DNA from: Amoebidium appalachense
Lineage: Eukaryota; Protista; Ichthyosporea
Assembly (NCBI GenBank): GCA_963693365.1
Contig: CAVNZM010000083.1
Coordinates: 1 to 11,791, forward strand
DNA: 11,791 bases
Reading direction: 5' to 3'
This document shows, one piece after another, positions 8,632 through 11,791 of this stretch (positions within the stretch are counted from its first letter, which is position 1; every line of letters starts with the position of its first letter). Both the position numbers and the translations under genes were made by a program. The notes under the pieces are model-generated. The model saw only the letters and a list, made by a program, of their open reading frames with translations, made no database searches and had not been told where the DNA came from.

Positions 8632-8930
8632 CACTGTGTGCCGCCGCGACTGAGTTGACTTAGTACGTACATGAGTGAGAGAGTAAATGATTGCGCCAAC
8701 TTGAACTTTGCGTAACTTATGAGCCAATGAAATCAAGCGAAATTGAATGTTACGTAATATTACGTATACACTTTTTTCTCCCATGTGCACTCTATCAGCT
8801 GTCAGCTCTCTCAGTCTCGTCTCGTTTTCGTTCGTTTTTTTTGTGAAGAAAAAACTTAGAAAAAACTCTTAAACATTTTCACAATCATCTCTTTTCGCAC
8901 TTTTAGGTAGCAACACTTAGAAGTTACACC

Positions 8931-9095
<165 letters not shown>

Positions 9096-9183
9096 ACGCA
9101 TGCATGCACACGTAGAAGGGTGTGGTAGGGTGACTGTTGGTTGCCTTTGGTTTTTTATTTTTATTTTTGTTTTTATTTTTTTT

Positions 9184-9262
9184 TCGTTAAAAATTTCATA
9201 GATTTTCGTTAGAGCCTTTTTGGCACACACACACACACACACACACACACATGCACACACAT

Positions 9263-9306
<44 letters not shown>

Positions 9307-9736
9307 AGGCACACGTGTGCAATGCACCATAGTAGTCTTCAACTTGTGCTCTGTTTTTTTTCCTTGGATCTTTTTGCCGTCGGTTTTCTTTGTAGAAAAA
9401 AAAAAAACGTGAAAATAAAGGGCTCCGCCCAATGCATCCACAGATCACAAAGTTTTTTTATTTTTTATCGTTAAAATCTTCATAGATTTTTGTTAGAGTG
9501 TTTTGGCACACACACAAGCACACACATGCACACACATGCACACACACACGCACACGTGCAGGCACACGTGTGCAATGCACCATGGTAGTCTTCAGCTTGT
9601 GCTCTGTTTTTTTCTTGGAACTTTCGTAAAAAAACAAAAGTTTATTTTTGCCGTCGGTTCAATTCTTTGTATAAAAGAAGAAGAAAAAAAACGTGAAAAT
9701 AAAGGGCACTGCCCACTATGTATACACAAATCACAA
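9184..9736. repeat. diverged ~270-bp tandem duplication, each copy with a (CA)n tract (9184-9450 and 9468-9736)
   Basis: Shared TCGTTAAAA..TTCATAGATTTT.GTTAGAG..TTTTGGCACAC(CA)n CACGTGCAGGCACACGTGTGCAATGCACCAT.GTAGTCTTCA.CTTGTGCTCTG...AAACGTGAAAATAAAGGGC...ATCACAA. Confidence 0.93.
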
Positions 9737-9838
9737 CGGTGTCTATGTTAATGAGGCCATGGCATGCTCAAACTTTAAGGTACTTTACTAAAAATTGAAA
9801 ATGGCAAAGTTTAGGGCACAGCCCCCCTATCCTGTGCA

Positions 9839-10948
9839 CTAGCCCATGTAGCCATGGTTCACAGTCTTGAGGGGCGGTGCCGCTGAGGTACGGAGTAAGT
9901 TAGGCACCCGGGTCCTACCGTAGAAGTAGGGGGCACCGACCGTCATGATGTTGTTGTTGTTGTTGTAGGGGGTGTTGCTGTTGGTGCTGCTGCTGCGGAG
10001 GGGGGCAAGGTTTTCCTTCTCCTTGGGGGCAATGTCGATGAACGTGCCGGACTTGCGCCGTGATGGTGCCTCCTTGTGGATGTTTTTCTTGATCAGCCCT
10101 GCAAACACAATCTTCTCACCTGCACCATACATACGCTCATTCGCAACCCCACGCAGCAATGCCTGCATGTCATGGAGGACATCCATGGCGACCCCTTTGA
10201 AGAGGGGCGTGGACTTCAACTTGGCTGCCTTTGCAGTGGCCACCATGGTCTGCAGGAAGCCAGCAACAACACGAGCCAGGTGGCGGGCCACCTCTCTCTC
10301 CCTGTGGGGAGTGAGTTCTGCCTTGCACATCCCGACGATGGGCTCCCAGTTGGCCTCTATCTCCTCCAGGTACCTCTGCATGTAGTTGCCAACCAACTGA
10401 GGGTCTGTCTCTACCTTGTGCCTAGTGGATCTCTCATGCTCTGTGAACTGCGGTAGGAGGATGTCTACCACAGCAGCAGCCACCCCCTTGAGCATGAGGG
10501 CGTTGCGGCACGCGAGTGTTGCCAAAAGCGACTTGCCGTGCAGTTCAGCCAGTTCTGCAGGCTCAGAGATGGTACCACGCACCAGCATCTCAGGGAGCCA
10601 TGCCCCATCAAAGTCATCTAGACCCGTGAAGCGTTTTTGGAAGTAGACTTCGCCCCCTGCATCATAGCCAGCGAAGAAGTCACCTTTCTTGGCGGAGAGG
10701 AGGAAGGATGCTGCGTTGGCGGAAACACTGGGCTGTGCTGCATACCCCTCAGCAAGCGTGCGGTAGGATGCGTAGAAGGGTTGAAGCAGAACAGTGTCAA
10801 GATCCAAATCTTTGAGATGCCAGGAGAAGGTGCGGCCAGGAGGAGGCCTGCGGGCTGGCACAGAAATGGCTGCTGCGGCGGCAGCAAGAACATCAGCATC
10901 GTCTAGATCTAGAGGGGGCAGGAAGGAGAGGTCTGCCATGGTTTCCAA
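9839..10948 (-). CDS. intronless hypothetical protein, 369 aa (acidic N-terminus, helical core, basic/Asn-rich tail with a KEN box)
   Basis: Uninterrupted 1110-bp ORF with protein-like composition, an in-frame (AAC)n poly-Asn, an in-frame stop just upstream of the ATG and CCAAT motifs upstream. No family recognised. Confidence 0.85.
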   Translation of the reverse strand: METMADLSFLPPLDLDDADVLAAAAAAISVPARRPPPGRTFSWHLKDLDLDTVLLQPFYASYRTLAEGYAAQPSVSANAASFLLSAKKGDFFAGYDAGGEVYFQKRFTGLDDFDGAWLPEMLVRGTISEPAELAELHGKSLLATLACRNALMLKGVAAAVVDILLPQFTEHERSTRHKVETDPQLVGNYMQRYLEEIEANWEPIVGMCKAELTPHREREVARHLARVVAGFLQTMVATAKAAKLKSTPLFKGVAMDVLHDMQALLRGVANERMYGAGEKIVFAGLIKKNIHKEAPSRRKSGTFIDIAPKEKENLAPLRSSSTNSNTPYNNNNNIMTVGAPYFYGRTRVPNLLRTSAAPPLKTVNHGYMG

Positions 10949-11224
10949 AGTTCGCTGCTTGCAAAAAGACCAGGCTAGAGTGGCTTAGAATATAAGAAAA
11001 AGTGTTTGAAGAAGGAACGTTTGCAGGTGGCTTTTGTGCCCTCCGGTGCACACACGCTACCGTGCTCCAAAATTCGGTGACTCCTGTTGCCCTAGGCGTC
11101 CAATAGGAGCGCAGGGGAGTCGCCAATGGAATGCAAGTCAACAAATTCTACAAAATTTGATTGGCCGCTCGCACCGCCCGCCAACGGTTTTTCCCTGCAC
11201 ACTTACCATGAACGGAAGGTTCCA
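10949..11224 (-). promoter_or_regulatory. compact intergenic region / putative promoter of the 369-aa ORF
   Basis: CTAGGCGTCCAAT at 11092-11104, CCAAT at 11123-11127, reverse GCGGCCAAT at 11160-11168 and CCAACGGTT at 11181-11189. Confidence 0.55.
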
Positions 11225-11791
11225 TTAGAGGATGCCGCGTCCCGATACGTTTGGCGACCTGGCTGGCGGCCAGACGTAGGGCTTACCGCCGACAAGCACC
11301 TGCGCACCGCCCCCTCCACCCCCTCTCCACTCGTAGCTGTTTCCCGTGCGTGTGCCTGCAGCATTCAAGTTATAAGGACCATATCCCAACGCATCCTGGG
11401 TGTTGTGCAGCAGGTAGTTGCCCGCATCCCTCGTGCCATTCCTCAGGGTCTTCCACGCACTGAATGCACCATTCTGCGCGCCCTGCCCTGCACGCTGCGT
11501 GCCCTGCATGGCAGCATCGCCTGTGGCACGCGCTACCCCCTTGAGGCCCTTGAACACCGTCCCCCCCGCCTCCCCCGCCTTCCCTGCAGTGTAGGTGGCA
11601 GCATCCGCAGCCTTGTTGTACATGTAGTTGCCCACCCCCCTCGCAATGTCCCCCTTGTGCTTCCATGCATAGTACCCCCCTGCCCCCAAGGCAGCACCGC
11701 CCGCCAGGGCCCCCACCCACTTGGCTACCTCTGAGGCCTTGTTTGGCCGGTTCTGCACGTAGATGACACGCGTGTTGCCGCTCCTGCCTTG
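11225..11791 (-). CDS. 5'-truncated Gly/Ala-rich protein with a glycine-zipper hydrophobic segment (putative membrane/virion protein)
   Basis: The frame is open to the window edge (QGRSGNTRVIYVQNRPNK...). WVGALAGGAALGAGGYYAW is followed by KHK and then amphipathic-looking Ala/Gly/Lys helices; TAA at 11227-11225. Confidence 0.75.
   Translation of the reverse strand, partial: QGRSGNTRVIYVQNRPNKASEVAKWVGALAGGAALGAGGYYAWKHKGDIARGVGNYMYNKAADAATYTAGKAGEAGGTVFKGLKGVARATGDAAMQGTQRAGQGAQNGAFSAWKTLRNGTRDAGNYLLHNTQDALGYGPYNLNAAGTRTGNSYEWRGGGGGGAQVLVGGKPYVWPPARSPNVSGRGIL

Noticed and set aside
9816-9842. GCACAG/CTGTGC hairpin plus CTAG as a Helitron 3' end, or post-stop hairpins (also 8494-8507) as giant-virus termination hairpins
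   Set aside because: The stems are only 6 bp, the spacing to CTAG does not fit a Helitron, and the 8494 stem probably lies within coding sequence.

Overview
Eukaryotic, repeat-rich genomic DNA; the host cannot be identified from the sequence. The left half (1-6150) is mostly decayed mobile DNA. It holds a tRNA-derived SINE-like head (minus strand), a probable spliced pseudogene containing a histone-H3-tail-like peptide (TRTKQTA), poly-C/(CA)n tracts and an AT-rich degenerate repeat block with a 113-bp tandem duplication. It also holds the 5' part of a probable DIRS/Ngaro-type retroelement (gag-like ORF plus 70-bp subrepeats) inside a diverged ~630-bp tandem duplication. The right half (6150-11791) is the interesting part. 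After a long (TG)n tract and a 71-bp hairpin carrying two CRE palindromes come three intronless ORFs that I do not recognise: 7632-8477 (+), probably 305 aa ending at 8548 after a 1-nt G-run correction; 9839-10948 (-); and 11225->11791 (-), partial and membrane-protein-like. The first two share an upstream GGCGTCCAAT/GCGGCCAAT motif, a KEN box and the peptide LKD[V/L]DLDTV. The best working hypothesis, unconfirmed because no hallmark gene is present, is a segment of an endogenous nuclear DNA virus or large cargo-carrying element driven by host Pol II promoters.
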